Assembly: GCA_045586785.1 (NCBI GenBank)
Contig: JAZNBA010000072.1
Coordinates: forward strand, 59,197-123,196
Length of the DNA stretch: 64,000 nucleotides
DNA from: Eubacteriales bacterium
GTDB taxonomy: Bacteria > Bacillota > Clostridia > Oscillospirales > CAG-272
Reading direction: 5' to 3'
Shown here: one piece after another, positions 18,194 to 27,650 of the stretch
Layout of the letters: each line of letters starts with the position of its first letter
How positions within the stretch are numbered: position 1 is the stretch's first letter
Notes under the pieces: generated by a model
Databases searched by the model: none
What the model saw: the letters and a program-made list of their open reading frames with translations, nothing else
Told to the model about the DNA's origin: nothing
Program-made: the position numbers and the translations under genes

Positions 18194-19714
18194 ATGAAGA
18201 TAAGAATTATTGCAATATTGCTGGCGCTTCTTATGCTTTCGGCACTTGCTGTAGGCTGTGCCGACAATGGAGATAAGCCTGCAAATGATACCACGACGGC
18301 GGCTCCCATAGGCGGTGACGTCACAGATGCTCCCGGTGATGGCAGCGGTGATGCGGGCGATGTTACCACCGCAGAGCCTGTTCCCGAATTTGTCGAGGCA
18401 GACTACGGAAATGACGACTTTATAATTTTCCAGCGTAACTCTCAAGCGGCATCCTACCCCGGATTTTATATCGACAGCGACGAGCCTACCGATACCATGT
18501 CTGAGGCTACATATATGCGTAACCTTGCCGTGGAAGAGAAGTACAAGGTAGTTATCAGCTCCATGGAGGTTGGCGATCCGTATAAAGAGATACGTACATA
18601 TGTTTCATCAGGCGACGTCCCCTTTGATCTTGTGCTTGATCGCCGCAGCTATATGGGTGCACTTGCGCAAGAGGGCTACTTCTATGATTTCAACAATCTT
18701 GATCATGTGGATTTTACACAGCCTTGGTGGGACGCAAATTGTGCACGTGACTATGAGGTTGCGGGCAAGCTGTTCTTTATGGTAAACGACGTGAGCGTTT
18801 CCAACCTTGCGGGTGCGCGTTTCTTCTACTTCAACCGCAATCTTATTAATGAATATGACCTTGAGGATCCGTATAAACTGATTGAAAATAATCAGTGGAC
18901 ACTTGATAAATTCCTTGAGCTTGTAAGATCGGTATCGGTTGATAACGGCGACAATATCTGGGACGGAAATGATGTTTACGGACTTTGCACCGAGACCGGC
19001 GAAGGCAACGGTAATATCATGCATCTGCTTGTAGGATGCGGTATCAAGTTTATTGAAAAGGACAACAACGGCGAGCTTTTGACCAAGGCTTACAGCGAAA
19101 AGACACAGACTGTTATGACTCGCGTTGCCGAAACGCTTGTCGGTACAAATTATGTTTTGTCCTATGGCGACGCTGCCAAAGGCGCGGACACGTCCGACTA
19201 TGCAAATAACTATGATTACGGACGTTCACTGTTTGCAAACGACCACTTCCTGTTCATTCAGGGTAATATGGCGATATCCTCTCAGTTCAGAGATATGACC
19301 TCGGACTACGGCGTAGCGCCTAACCCCAAGTTCGATGCGGCACAGGAAGAATATTATCACAAGATGGATAAGTATTCGTTGATTTGGGCAGTTCCCAAGT
19401 GCGAGATGGACTATGACCGCCTGGGTGTTGTTTTTGAATATTGGGCATATGAGTCTTCAAAGACAGTTATGCCTGCATACTATGAGATCACTATAAAGAC
19501 CAAGCGTGTTCCCGACGAGATAGCTTCCGGTATGATAGATCTTGTCAAGGATTCTATACGTTACGACACCTCCGAGATATATAATGGCGAGGTTCTTACC
19601 GTTCTTTATAACGGATATACTACCGGCAATCTTTCTTCCACCTGGAAGTCCGGCGAGAGAGTAATTCAGCGAAAGCTCGACAATATTTACAAGACTATCA
19701 GTGAACTTGATTAA
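18194..19714 (+). CDS. extracellular solute-binding lipoprotein (paralog of 1513-3009)
   Basis: 506 aa. Lipobox AVGCA and an acidic/Thr linker. No permease or ATPase genes nearby. Confidence 0.7.
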   Translation: MKIRIIAILLALLMLSALAVGCADNGDKPANDTTTAAPIGGDVTDAPGDGSGDAGDVTTAEPVPEFVEADYGNDDFIIFQRNSQAASYPGFYIDSDEPTDTMSEATYMRNLAVEEKYKVVISSMEVGDPYKEIRTYVSSGDVPFDLVLDRRSYMGALAQEGYFYDFNNLDHVDFTQPWWDANCARDYEVAGKLFFMVNDVSVSNLAGARFFYFNRNLINEYDLEDPYKLIENNQWTLDKFLELVRSVSVDNGDNIWDGNDVYGLCTETGEGNGNIMHLLVGCGIKFIEKDNNGELLTKAYSEKTQTVMTRVAETLVGTNYVLSYGDAAKGADTSDYANNYDYGRSLFANDHFLFIQGNMAISSQFRDMTSDYGVAPNPKFDAAQEEYYHKMDKYSLIWAVPKCEMDYDRLGVVFEYWAYESSKTVMPAYYEITIKTKRVPDEIASGMIDLVKDSIRYDTSEIYNGEVLTVLYNGYTTGNLSSTWKSGERVIQRKLDNIYKTISELD

Positions 19715-19812
19715 TGCTTATGGGGCGCGGCGGCACAATGCGGTCTGCGCCCCGCAATATTAACTTTGAAAATAATTTATGCCGCGCTATGCGGCGGAAC
19801 GGAGATATAATT

Positions 19813-21009
19813 ATGGAAAAGCAACTCAGAATAGGTGTTTTCGGTACATGGAGAGGCAATGCATATATAAAGGCATCCAAATTCGTGGACGGTGCTATTA
19901 TTACGGCAATTTGCGATAAAAATCCCGAGAGAATAGAGTCGGCAAAAAAGAATTGCCCCGAGGACGTGGCGATATTTGATAACTTTGATGAATTTATAAA
20001 TTCGGGTCTGTTTGAAGCTGTGTTCCTCTGCAACTATTTCCACGAGCATGCGGAATATGCTATCCGTGCTATGGAAAAAGGAATACACGTTTTCAGTGAG
20101 ACTATGGCGGCGTCCACAATGGCGCAGTGCGTGGCGCTTTGCCGCGCGGTTGAAAAGACGGGCTGTGTTTATATGCTGGCAGAGAACTATCCCTTTACTC
20201 GCGGCTGTCTTGAAATGAAGCGTCTTTATGAGACGGGCAAGCTGGGCAAGGCAATGTTTGAGGAGGGTGAGTACGTTCACCCCATGAGTCCCAAGGAAAG
20301 CTGGAAATATAACGATCCCGCAATCCACGGAGATTTCCACTGGCGCAGATATCTGCCTGTAACCTATTATTGCTCACATGCGCTGGCACCCATTATGCAT
20401 ATCACAAATACAGTTCCCAAGTCCGTTGTGGCTATGGCGGCACCCGATACCGATGAGCACATCGCGGAATACAAGCATTCCCGTACCGACTGCGTAGGCG
20501 TAATGCTGCTGAGCATGAGCGACGGCGCGGTTTGCCGTATCAACGGATCTTCTTATATCGCGCCTCACGGCAACTGGTATCGTGTTGGCTGTCTTAACGG
20601 CGGTGCTGAAACCATTCGTGGTGACGAGAAGAAGATTCGCGTAGCATATAACTCCTGGTGCATTCCCGAGGGCGATCACCGCGAGTGCGTATACGAAGCG
20701 CAGTGGCAGGCTGACGCCGATAAGGCAAACGCCAACGGTCACGGTGGCGGCGACTACTGGGTAGTCAAGCACTTTGTTGACGCAATACTTGAAGGCAAGC
20801 AGCCCTTCTTTGACGTTTACCGTTCCACCGCTATCGCGGCAGTTTCCATTCTTGGCTGGCGAAGCGTGCTGAATAAGTCCAAGAGATACGATATTCCCGA
20901 TTTCCGCCGTGAGCGAGATAAGAAAAAATGGGAAAATGACGAGCTGACTCCGTTCCCCAAGGCAGGCGCCCCCAACACACTGCCGTTTAACAGCAGAGAC
21001 AAGATCTGA
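19813..21009 (+). CDS. Gfo/Idh/MocA family oxidoreductase
   Basis: Start at MEKQLRIGVFGTWRG (GGAG upstream). Rossmann N-terminus and EHAEYAIRAMEKGIHVFSE block. Confidence 0.8.
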   Translation: MEKQLRIGVFGTWRGNAYIKASKFVDGAIITAICDKNPERIESAKKNCPEDVAIFDNFDEFINSGLFEAVFLCNYFHEHAEYAIRAMEKGIHVFSETMAASTMAQCVALCRAVEKTGCVYMLAENYPFTRGCLEMKRLYETGKLGKAMFEEGEYVHPMSPKESWKYNDPAIHGDFHWRRYLPVTYYCSHALAPIMHITNTVPKSVVAMAAPDTDEHIAEYKHSRTDCVGVMLLSMSDGAVCRINGSSYIAPHGNWYRVGCLNGGAETIRGDEKKIRVAYNSWCIPEGDHRECVYEAQWQADADKANANGHGGGDYWVVKHFVDAILEGKQPFFDVYRSTAIAAVSILGWRSVLNKSKRYDIPDFRRERDKKKWENDELTPFPKAGAPNTLPFNSRDKI

Positions 21010-21026
21010 GTCACGGAGAGATAAAA

Positions 21027-22166
21027 ATGTCAAATAAAACTGTAAGATTTGCCATTATAGGATGTGGTCTGATGGGGCGGGAGTTCGCGTCAGCCGCAGC
21101 CAGATGGTGTCATATAACTGCGGACGTTGCTCGGCCTGTGATCGTGGGTGTTTGCGACGTTTCCGCCGACGCACGAGCTTGGTTTGAAAAGAATTTTGAC
21201 AGCGTTATTTACAGCACCGATAATTATCACGAGCTGCTCCAAAAAGACGATATTGATGCTGTTTATTGCGCAGTGCCTCACAATCTGCACGCAGATTTTT
21301 ACGTTGATATAATCAACGCAGGTAAACATCTGTTGGGCGAGAAGCCGTTTGGCATTGATAAGGCGGCGAATGACCGCATTATGGCGGCTATCGCGGCGCA
21401 CCCCGAGGTGACGGTGCGTTGCTCCAGCGAGTTTCCGTACTATCCTGCTTGCCAGGAGCTTATCCGTTGGATAAAAGAGGATCGCTTTGGCAAGATCATT
21501 GAGGTGCGTTCGGCATTTTGTCACTCCAGCGATATGGACGTGAACAAGCCTATCAACTGGAAACGTCGTGTCGAGATAAACGGCGAGTACGGATGTATGG
21601 GCGATCTTGGTCTGCACACCCAGCACGTACCCTTCAGAATGGGCTGGAAGCCGATAAACGTATATGCTAATCTTTCAAATATAGTCACCAAGCGTCCCGA
21701 CGGCAAGGGCGGTGTGGTTCCGTGCCTGACCTGGGATAACGCAATACTTAACTGCGAGGTACAGGATAAGGACGGAAGCGTGTTTCCCATGATATGCGAA
21801 ACCAAGCGACTTTCCCCGGGCTCTACCAATGAGTGGAAGCTGGAGGTCTACGGTATGAAGGCATCAGCGCGCTTTTCCACCAATGATCCCGGCGCGTTTT
21901 GCTTTACAGAGGCATGGGGCAGAGAGCAGGCGTGGTGCCGCATAGACGTAGGCAATAAGCCGGCTATCCCCACTATTACGGGCAGTATATTTGAGTTCGG
22001 CTTTGCGGACGCAATACTGCAGATGTGGGCGACCTTCATGCAGGAACTGAGCGGTGAGGAGGTTGCGTTCGGTTGCATCCGTCCCGAGGAAACAGCGCTG
22101 TCTCACAAGGTATTTACCGCGGCGCTCGATTCTTATCGCCAAAAGCGAGCTATTGAGATAGACTGA
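21027..22166 (+). CDS. Gfo/Idh/MocA family oxidoreductase
   Basis: VRFAIIGCGLMGREF Rossmann motif and GKHLLGEKP block. Confidence 0.85.
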   Translation: MSNKTVRFAIIGCGLMGREFASAAARWCHITADVARPVIVGVCDVSADARAWFEKNFDSVIYSTDNYHELLQKDDIDAVYCAVPHNLHADFYVDIINAGKHLLGEKPFGIDKAANDRIMAAIAAHPEVTVRCSSEFPYYPACQELIRWIKEDRFGKIIEVRSAFCHSSDMDVNKPINWKRRVEINGEYGCMGDLGLHTQHVPFRMGWKPINVYANLSNIVTKRPDGKGGVVPCLTWDNAILNCEVQDKDGSVFPMICETKRLSPGSTNEWKLEVYGMKASARFSTNDPGAFCFTEAWGREQAWCRIDVGNKPAIPTITGSIFEFGFADAILQMWATFMQELSGEEVAFGCIRPEETALSHKVFTAALDSYRQKRAIEID

Positions 22167-22186
22167 TACGAAAGGAAACTTTTTAA

Positions 22187-23725
22187 ATGTTCAAAAATAT
22201 AAAAATGTCGCTGGCGGATATTTGCGGCGCGGACTATGCCAAAGCTTTGGCAACCGCGTCTGCCGCTGTCGGCAATATGAAATATGGGGAGGCGGAGGCG
22301 CTTGCTTGTGAAAAAGTAGACTTTTTCTCTGAGCAGGATATGGCGCGTTCCGACGCGTTGCTTGACAGCGTTGGCAAACAGCTGGCGAACCCCTTTGAAA
22401 ACAGCATCGACGGCGCGCCTACCGATTCATTCCGTCACGCGGAAAACAAAAGCGCGGCACCGTTGGTGGGATTCAGCAGCTTCAGATTGGGTGAGGATGG
22501 CAAGCTTTACCTCATCGGTAAAAGCGAGCATTACCACGCATCCCTTGGTCACAGTTTCGGCGGTTACCGCCTTATAGACAAGGCAAGACGGCTTGGAATA
22601 CCCAACGCAACGCATAACAACACACGTGGTTATATAACCAGACTTTGCGAGCGCAGACTTATTCAGACCGCCAACGGCATCGATTGGGATGACGATGCGG
22701 CAACAGAGCAGGTGCTTGCCTCTAAAGAGTCACACGTGCTCAACAGAGTCATAAATCTTGAAACAGGCTCGCTGGCAGTTGAAGCAGGCGTTAAAATGAT
22801 GCTGGCGCGGTTTTATAAGCTGTCGCCCGAGCTGGATGAGCCTAAGTACGCAGGTAAAACTCCCGTATTCTTTGTAATGGCAGACCGCGCGAGTGAGAAC
22901 ACCGGTAACTATCACGGTACCACCGTGCTGACGCAGACCTTCCGAGGTCTGTGGGGCGGCCTTTACGATGCAATGGAGCGCGCGGGACTCTACAAGGTCG
23001 TGCCCGTTGACATCAACGATATTGACGGCTTTGCTCAAAAAATAAAGACGTACAACAGCGGCAACTACAAGACCGCAGGCTTCATGCACGAGATCATTAT
23101 GATGAACTACGGCGGTATTCGCCTGCACCGTGAGTTCTTGCAGGAGGCGTACCGCCTGTGCGCCGAGACCGACACGCCTACACTTGTGGACGAGATACAG
23201 ACTTGCATGTGGTATGACGGAATGTTCCTGTTCCGCAAATACGGTCTGAAGCCCGATTTTGCATCGGTTGGAAAAGGATTCCCCGGCGGTGAATATCCCG
23301 CAAGTAAGATACTGACTACCGCAGAGTACGATAACCTTAATCAGTTCGGCGCTTTGGTCACCAACGGCCAGGAGGAGCTGGCATCACTTGCATACCTTGT
23401 TACAATGCATTATTCCCGTGCCAACGGCGACGAGATACAGCGTGTGGGCGATTTGTTCGAAAACGGTATGAGAGCGCTTGCGGAGAAGTATCCCGAGCGA
23501 ATAGTCGCGGTAGAGGGAATAGGTCACCTGACAGCACTTCACTTCGGCACGGTCAAGGAAGCGGCAGATTTCACGCACGCTCTGCACGACGCGTGTGTTG
23601 ATGCCAGCGCACAGCTTTATAAGGCCAACTGCGTGCCTGCCGTGCTGTTCAAGCCTCCGCTTAACATCAGCGAGGCGGCTGTGAATAAAATGATGCAAAT
23701 ACTTGATGGTATTTTGAGTAAATAA
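22187..23725 (+). CDS. class-III (PLP-dependent) aminotransferase-like protein
   Basis: 512 aa. Blocks equivalent to SGSEA (TGSLAVEAG), DEIQTC (DEVxTG) and SVGKGFPGG (PLP Lys). Long atypical N-terminus. Confidence 0.6.
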   Translation: MFKNIKMSLADICGADYAKALATASAAVGNMKYGEAEALACEKVDFFSEQDMARSDALLDSVGKQLANPFENSIDGAPTDSFRHAENKSAAPLVGFSSFRLGEDGKLYLIGKSEHYHASLGHSFGGYRLIDKARRLGIPNATHNNTRGYITRLCERRLIQTANGIDWDDDAATEQVLASKESHVLNRVINLETGSLAVEAGVKMMLARFYKLSPELDEPKYAGKTPVFFVMADRASENTGNYHGTTVLTQTFRGLWGGLYDAMERAGLYKVVPVDINDIDGFAQKIKTYNSGNYKTAGFMHEIIMMNYGGIRLHREFLQEAYRLCAETDTPTLVDEIQTCMWYDGMFLFRKYGLKPDFASVGKGFPGGEYPASKILTTAEYDNLNQFGALVTNGQEELASLAYLVTMHYSRANGDEIQRVGDLFENGMRALAEKYPERIVAVEGIGHLTALHFGTVKEAADFTHALHDACVDASAQLYKANCVPAVLFKPPLNISEAAVNKMMQILDGILSK

Positions 23726-23727
23726 TT

Positions 23728-25182
23728 ATGATATTTATTGGACTTGATATAGGAAGCACCGCTGTGAAGGCTATGGCGCTTGATGAAAACGGTCAGGTGC
23801 TTGCCCGCGGCAAGTGCGCGTATCCAACGGCAACGGACGGTGCGCGCTCCACTCAAAAGGCGGAGGACTGGTGGCAGTCCTCGGTCAGCGCGGTGCGGCA
23901 GGTCGCCGTGGCGCTGGGAGCTCGGGCAAGTGAAGTCACAGCGATCTCCACATCTTCTCAGGGCGGAAGTATGCTGGCGCTTGATGAAAATTACGTGCCG
24001 CTGACCGACGCACTGACCTGGATGGACCGCCGCGCGCAAGGCGAAGCCGACGAAATGTCCGAGCACTTTGGAACGCGCATATACCGCAAATGCGGTTGGC
24101 GAAGCGCGGCGTCGGATTGCGCAGCAAAGCTTGTGTGGTTGAGAAAAAACGAGCCCCAAATATTTGCGCGTTCGGCGCATTTTATGACTACCGAGGAATA
24201 TATAAATTATCGTCTTTGCGGTGAAAACGTTACCGATCCCACGGGTGCGGGTATAATGCGGCTTTACAATATCAATGATGGCACGTGGGATGCCGAAATG
24301 CTTGAATATACAGGCATAAAAGAGAGCCAATTGCCTCGCGTTGTGAGTTGCGGTGAGCTTATTGGAACGCTTACACGTGAAGCAGCTGACGCAATGGGGC
24401 TTGGCTCACATGTCCGCGTATATTGCGGTGCTCACGACCAATACTGCGCATCTCTTGGTAGCGGCGCGGTGAATCCCGGCGATATTTTGCTGGCTACGGG
24501 TACGGCGTGGGTGATCTTCGGCGTGACCGACACACTGTGCTTCAATGACCGTTTCATTGCTCCCGGCATACACCCCATAGACGGTCGCTTCGGCGCTATG
24601 GCAACGCTTTCGGGCGTCGGCGCGGCAGTAGACAATCACGCGCGCGCTATTGGCGTGGAACTGCGCGAGGTGGATAAGATCGCGGCGACTCGACGTAACA
24701 ACGCCAAGCATTTGCTTTGCTGTCCGTGTCCTCCCGGCAGAACGTTTCTGGAGCACAGGAGTGGATGCTGTGAAAATACCCACGGACGCCTTGACAGTCA
24801 CGATAAATATGACGTGGCACTGGCTATGATGGAGGGGGCGGCGTTTGAGGTCAGTCTGGTGATTGGAAGCTTCCGCGCGGCGGGCATGGTAGGACAGGGA
24901 AGTCTTATTATGTCGGGCGGTGCGGCAAGAAGTGAGCTGTGGAGAAGCATTGTTGAGGCGGTTGTGGGAGCTAAGCTTTTACTGCCTTCAGAGGCAGATA
25001 CCCCCGCCCTCGGCGCGGCTATGATAGCAGCGGTATCTTGCGGCGCGTTCGACAGCTTTGCCGACTGCGCGGCGAAATTCGTAAAATATTTGCCAAGCGA
25101 CAACGCCGATATTGACAGCGCAGAGCGTGAATTTTATGCGCAAAAGCTGCAAAGCTACCGCGAGTGGTGCATTATAGAATAA
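23728..25182 (+). CDS. FGGY family carbohydrate kinase
   Basis: MIFIGLDIGSTAVKA N-terminus and C-terminal SGGAARSELW block. Confidence 0.85.
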   Translation: MIFIGLDIGSTAVKAMALDENGQVLARGKCAYPTATDGARSTQKAEDWWQSSVSAVRQVAVALGARASEVTAISTSSQGGSMLALDENYVPLTDALTWMDRRAQGEADEMSEHFGTRIYRKCGWRSAASDCAAKLVWLRKNEPQIFARSAHFMTTEEYINYRLCGENVTDPTGAGIMRLYNINDGTWDAEMLEYTGIKESQLPRVVSCGELIGTLTREAADAMGLGSHVRVYCGAHDQYCASLGSGAVNPGDILLATGTAWVIFGVTDTLCFNDRFIAPGIHPIDGRFGAMATLSGVGAAVDNHARAIGVELREVDKIAATRRNNAKHLLCCPCPPGRTFLEHRSGCCENTHGRLDSHDKYDVALAMMEGAAFEVSLVIGSFRAAGMVGQGSLIMSGGAARSELWRSIVEAVVGAKLLLPSEADTPALGAAMIAAVSCGAFDSFADCAAKFVKYLPSDNADIDSAEREFYAQKLQSYREWCIIE

Positions 25183-25204
25183 ATTGAAAAAGGTGGTTTT
25201 TGAT

Positions 25205-26221
25205 ATGTTCGGAGTAAATCTTACCGATTATGATAAAAAAGTATACGAGGAACAGTTAAAGGATTTTCTTCCCGATAAGTTCATCGATGCTCACGTTCAT
25301 TTATGGGAAGAAGGAACGCGCGTGAGCGGTCTTAAGGGCTGTGTTACCTGGACGCAGATAGTTGCGCCCTCGCAGACATATGAAGATATGGCTGAGTCCT
25401 ACAGACAGCTTTTTCCAGACAAAAAGGTGACTCAGGTCGTTATGGGTTCGCCCTCCTGCAATCTCAGCGTGGTAAACAAATACGTTCGTGAATGCTGTGA
25501 TAAGCATGGAAACACATCGCTGTACTGTACTAACTGGGATACCACTCCCGCGGAAATAGAGCGGGCGATGAAGGCAGGCTTTGTGGGTATAAAACCGTAT
25601 CAGAACAATTCTCCCGACTATATTCCCGCCGCGGAGGTCAGAATATTCGATTTTCTGACCCACGAACAGCTTGAATATATGAACAGCGTCGGCGGTATAG
25701 TTATTCTGCATATTCCGCGCAAGCTGCGTTTACGTGACCCCATAAACATTGCGCAGATGATGGAGATAGACGAAAAGTACCCCAATGCCAAGGTGGTTAT
25801 CGCCCACGTTGGTCGTGCTTACGTTGAGCAGGACCTTGGTGACGCGTTTGAAACACTTAAGCATTCAAAGAATCTTATGTTCGATTTCTCCGCAAACACC
25901 TACGATTACGCTATGCAACAGTGCATTGAGGCGGTAGGTGTAAAGAGAGTAATGTTCGGCTCGGATATGCCGTTCACCAAGATGCGTATGTACCGTATAA
26001 ACGACAACGGAATATATGTAAACGTAGTGCCGAGAGGTCTTTACGGTGATGTTTCGGGTGACAAGAATATGCGTGAGACGGACGAGACGGATATTACGCT
26101 GTTTATGTACGAGGAGCTGTTGGCGTTCAAGCGCACGGCAGAAAAGCTGAACCTCAGTCGCGCCGATATTGAGGATATCATGTATAACAACGCCTCAAAA
26201 TTCTTCGGCATTACACTCTGA
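25205..26221 (+). CDS. amidohydrolase-2 family metal-dependent hydrolase (lactonase/decarboxylase type)
   Basis: FIDAHVHLW metal motif. ATG 25205 with GGTGG 8 nt upstream is preferred over TTG 25184. Confidence 0.65.
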   Translation: MFGVNLTDYDKKVYEEQLKDFLPDKFIDAHVHLWEEGTRVSGLKGCVTWTQIVAPSQTYEDMAESYRQLFPDKKVTQVVMGSPSCNLSVVNKYVRECCDKHGNTSLYCTNWDTTPAEIERAMKAGFVGIKPYQNNSPDYIPAAEVRIFDFLTHEQLEYMNSVGGIVILHIPRKLRLRDPINIAQMMEIDEKYPNAKVVIAHVGRAYVEQDLGDAFETLKHSKNLMFDFSANTYDYAMQQCIEAVGVKRVMFGSDMPFTKMRMYRINDNGIYVNVVPRGLYGDVSGDKNMRETDETDITLFMYEELLAFKRTAEKLNLSRADIEDIMYNNASKFFGITL

Positions 26222-26238
26222 TATGGAGGACTTGAAAA

Positions 26239-27642
26239 ATGAAAAAGATAAAAATAGGATTTCTTCCGCTTTATATAAAGCTTTATGACGATACCGGAAA
26301 CGGCGCGTCCGAGCGCCCCGTTATGATGGACTTTTATCTCGGTATCGCAAAGCAGTTCGAGCAAATGGGCTTTGACGTGCTGACAAGCGAATTTTGCCGC
26401 ATTGAGCCCGAATTCCGTGAAACTGTAGGAAGATTTGAGCGCGAGGGGGCGGACTGCATCGTTACCTGGCACGCCGCGTATTCTCCCTCCCTTGAAAGCA
26501 TCAAGGTGCTGACCGAGACCAAGCTGCCTATAGTTGTACTTGATACCACCGATACATATGATTTTTCACCTTCACAGGCGCCCTCAAATATAAGCCGTTG
26601 CCACGGCATACACGGTGTTATGGATATGTGCAGTATGCTTCGCCGCTACGGCAAGAAGTACGCTATTGCGGCAGGACATTACGCTGAATCGAGCGTGGTT
26701 GAAAGAGTTGCGGGATTTGTTCGCGCGGCGTATGCGGCAACCTCTCTTGAAGGTAGCCGCACAGCAAGCATTGGCGGCAGCTTTGATGGCATGGGCGACT
26801 TTTTGGTTCCCGATGAGCAAATGAAGGAACGCTTCGGTGTTGAGATAGTTTATCCCTCAAGAGATGAGCTTGTTGCCGAGCTGGAGGCGGTCAGCGATGC
26901 GGATGCCGAGGCTGAAATGGCTATTGACAGAGAGAATTGCTATGAGATACTGCCCGTTGACAAGGCAGTACACATGAGGACCGCCAAGAACTGTCTTGCG
27001 GTTCGTCGCTGGCTGGATAAAAACAACATTGATGCGTTTACCGCCAACTTCCGCGAAGTAACATATGAAGGTTCGGGACTTGAGATCATGCCCTTTATGG
27101 AAGCGTGCAAGTCTATGGCTCGCGGCATCGGTTATGCGGGCGAGGGCGATGTGTTGACCGCATCACTGGTCGGCGCTCTTATGAAGGGATTTACCGATAA
27201 GGCGGCGTTTGTCGAGATTTTCTGCCCCGACTGGAAGGGAAATACTTTGCTTCTCAGTCATATGGGCGAATACAATCCCAAGCTGATACGCGGTAAGGCC
27301 GGAATGAAGGAAATAAACTTTATTTTCGGCGACTCCGAAAATCCCATAGTTTCATATGGATGTTATCGCGGAGGAAGTGCTGTGTTTGTAAATCTGTATC
27401 AGGCGGCAGAGGGCTTCAGACTTCTCATCTCGCCCGTTGAGATGCAGGATGTTAAGGCAGAGGAAGATAATTTTGACGGACGTGTTCGCGGTTGGATGAA
27501 GCCGCACATTTCCGTAGCTGATTTCCTTGAGGCAATAAGCCGCGCAGGTGCTACGCACCACAGCGCGCTGATATACGACGCAACTCCCGAACAGCTTGCG
27601 TTCTTTGCGGAGCTTTGCGGACTTGGCTACGAGATAGTATGA
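26239..27642 (+). CDS. L-arabinose/L-fucose isomerase family-like protein
   Basis: 467 aa. N-terminal KIGFLPLYIKLYD and general layout resemble the sugar isomerase family. Weak by-eye call. Confidence 0.45.
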   Translation: MKKIKIGFLPLYIKLYDDTGNGASERPVMMDFYLGIAKQFEQMGFDVLTSEFCRIEPEFRETVGRFEREGADCIVTWHAAYSPSLESIKVLTETKLPIVVLDTTDTYDFSPSQAPSNISRCHGIHGVMDMCSMLRRYGKKYAIAAGHYAESSVVERVAGFVRAAYAATSLEGSRTASIGGSFDGMGDFLVPDEQMKERFGVEIVYPSRDELVAELEAVSDADAEAEMAIDRENCYEILPVDKAVHMRTAKNCLAVRRWLDKNNIDAFTANFREVTYEGSGLEIMPFMEACKSMARGIGYAGEGDVLTASLVGALMKGFTDKAAFVEIFCPDWKGNTLLLSHMGEYNPKLIRGKAGMKEINFIFGDSENPIVSYGCYRGGSAVFVNLYQAAEGFRLLISPVEMQDVKAEEDNFDGRVRGWMKPHISVADFLEAISRAGATHHSALIYDATPEQLAFFAELCGLGYEIV

Positions 27643-27650
27643 GGTGAGAT

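Noticed and set aside
19722-19753. GGGGCGC...GCGCCCC hairpin after the 18194-19714 gene as a terminator
   Set aside because: There is no following T-run and the loop is long (18 nt). It may still attenuate transcription, but it is not a convincing intrinsic terminator.
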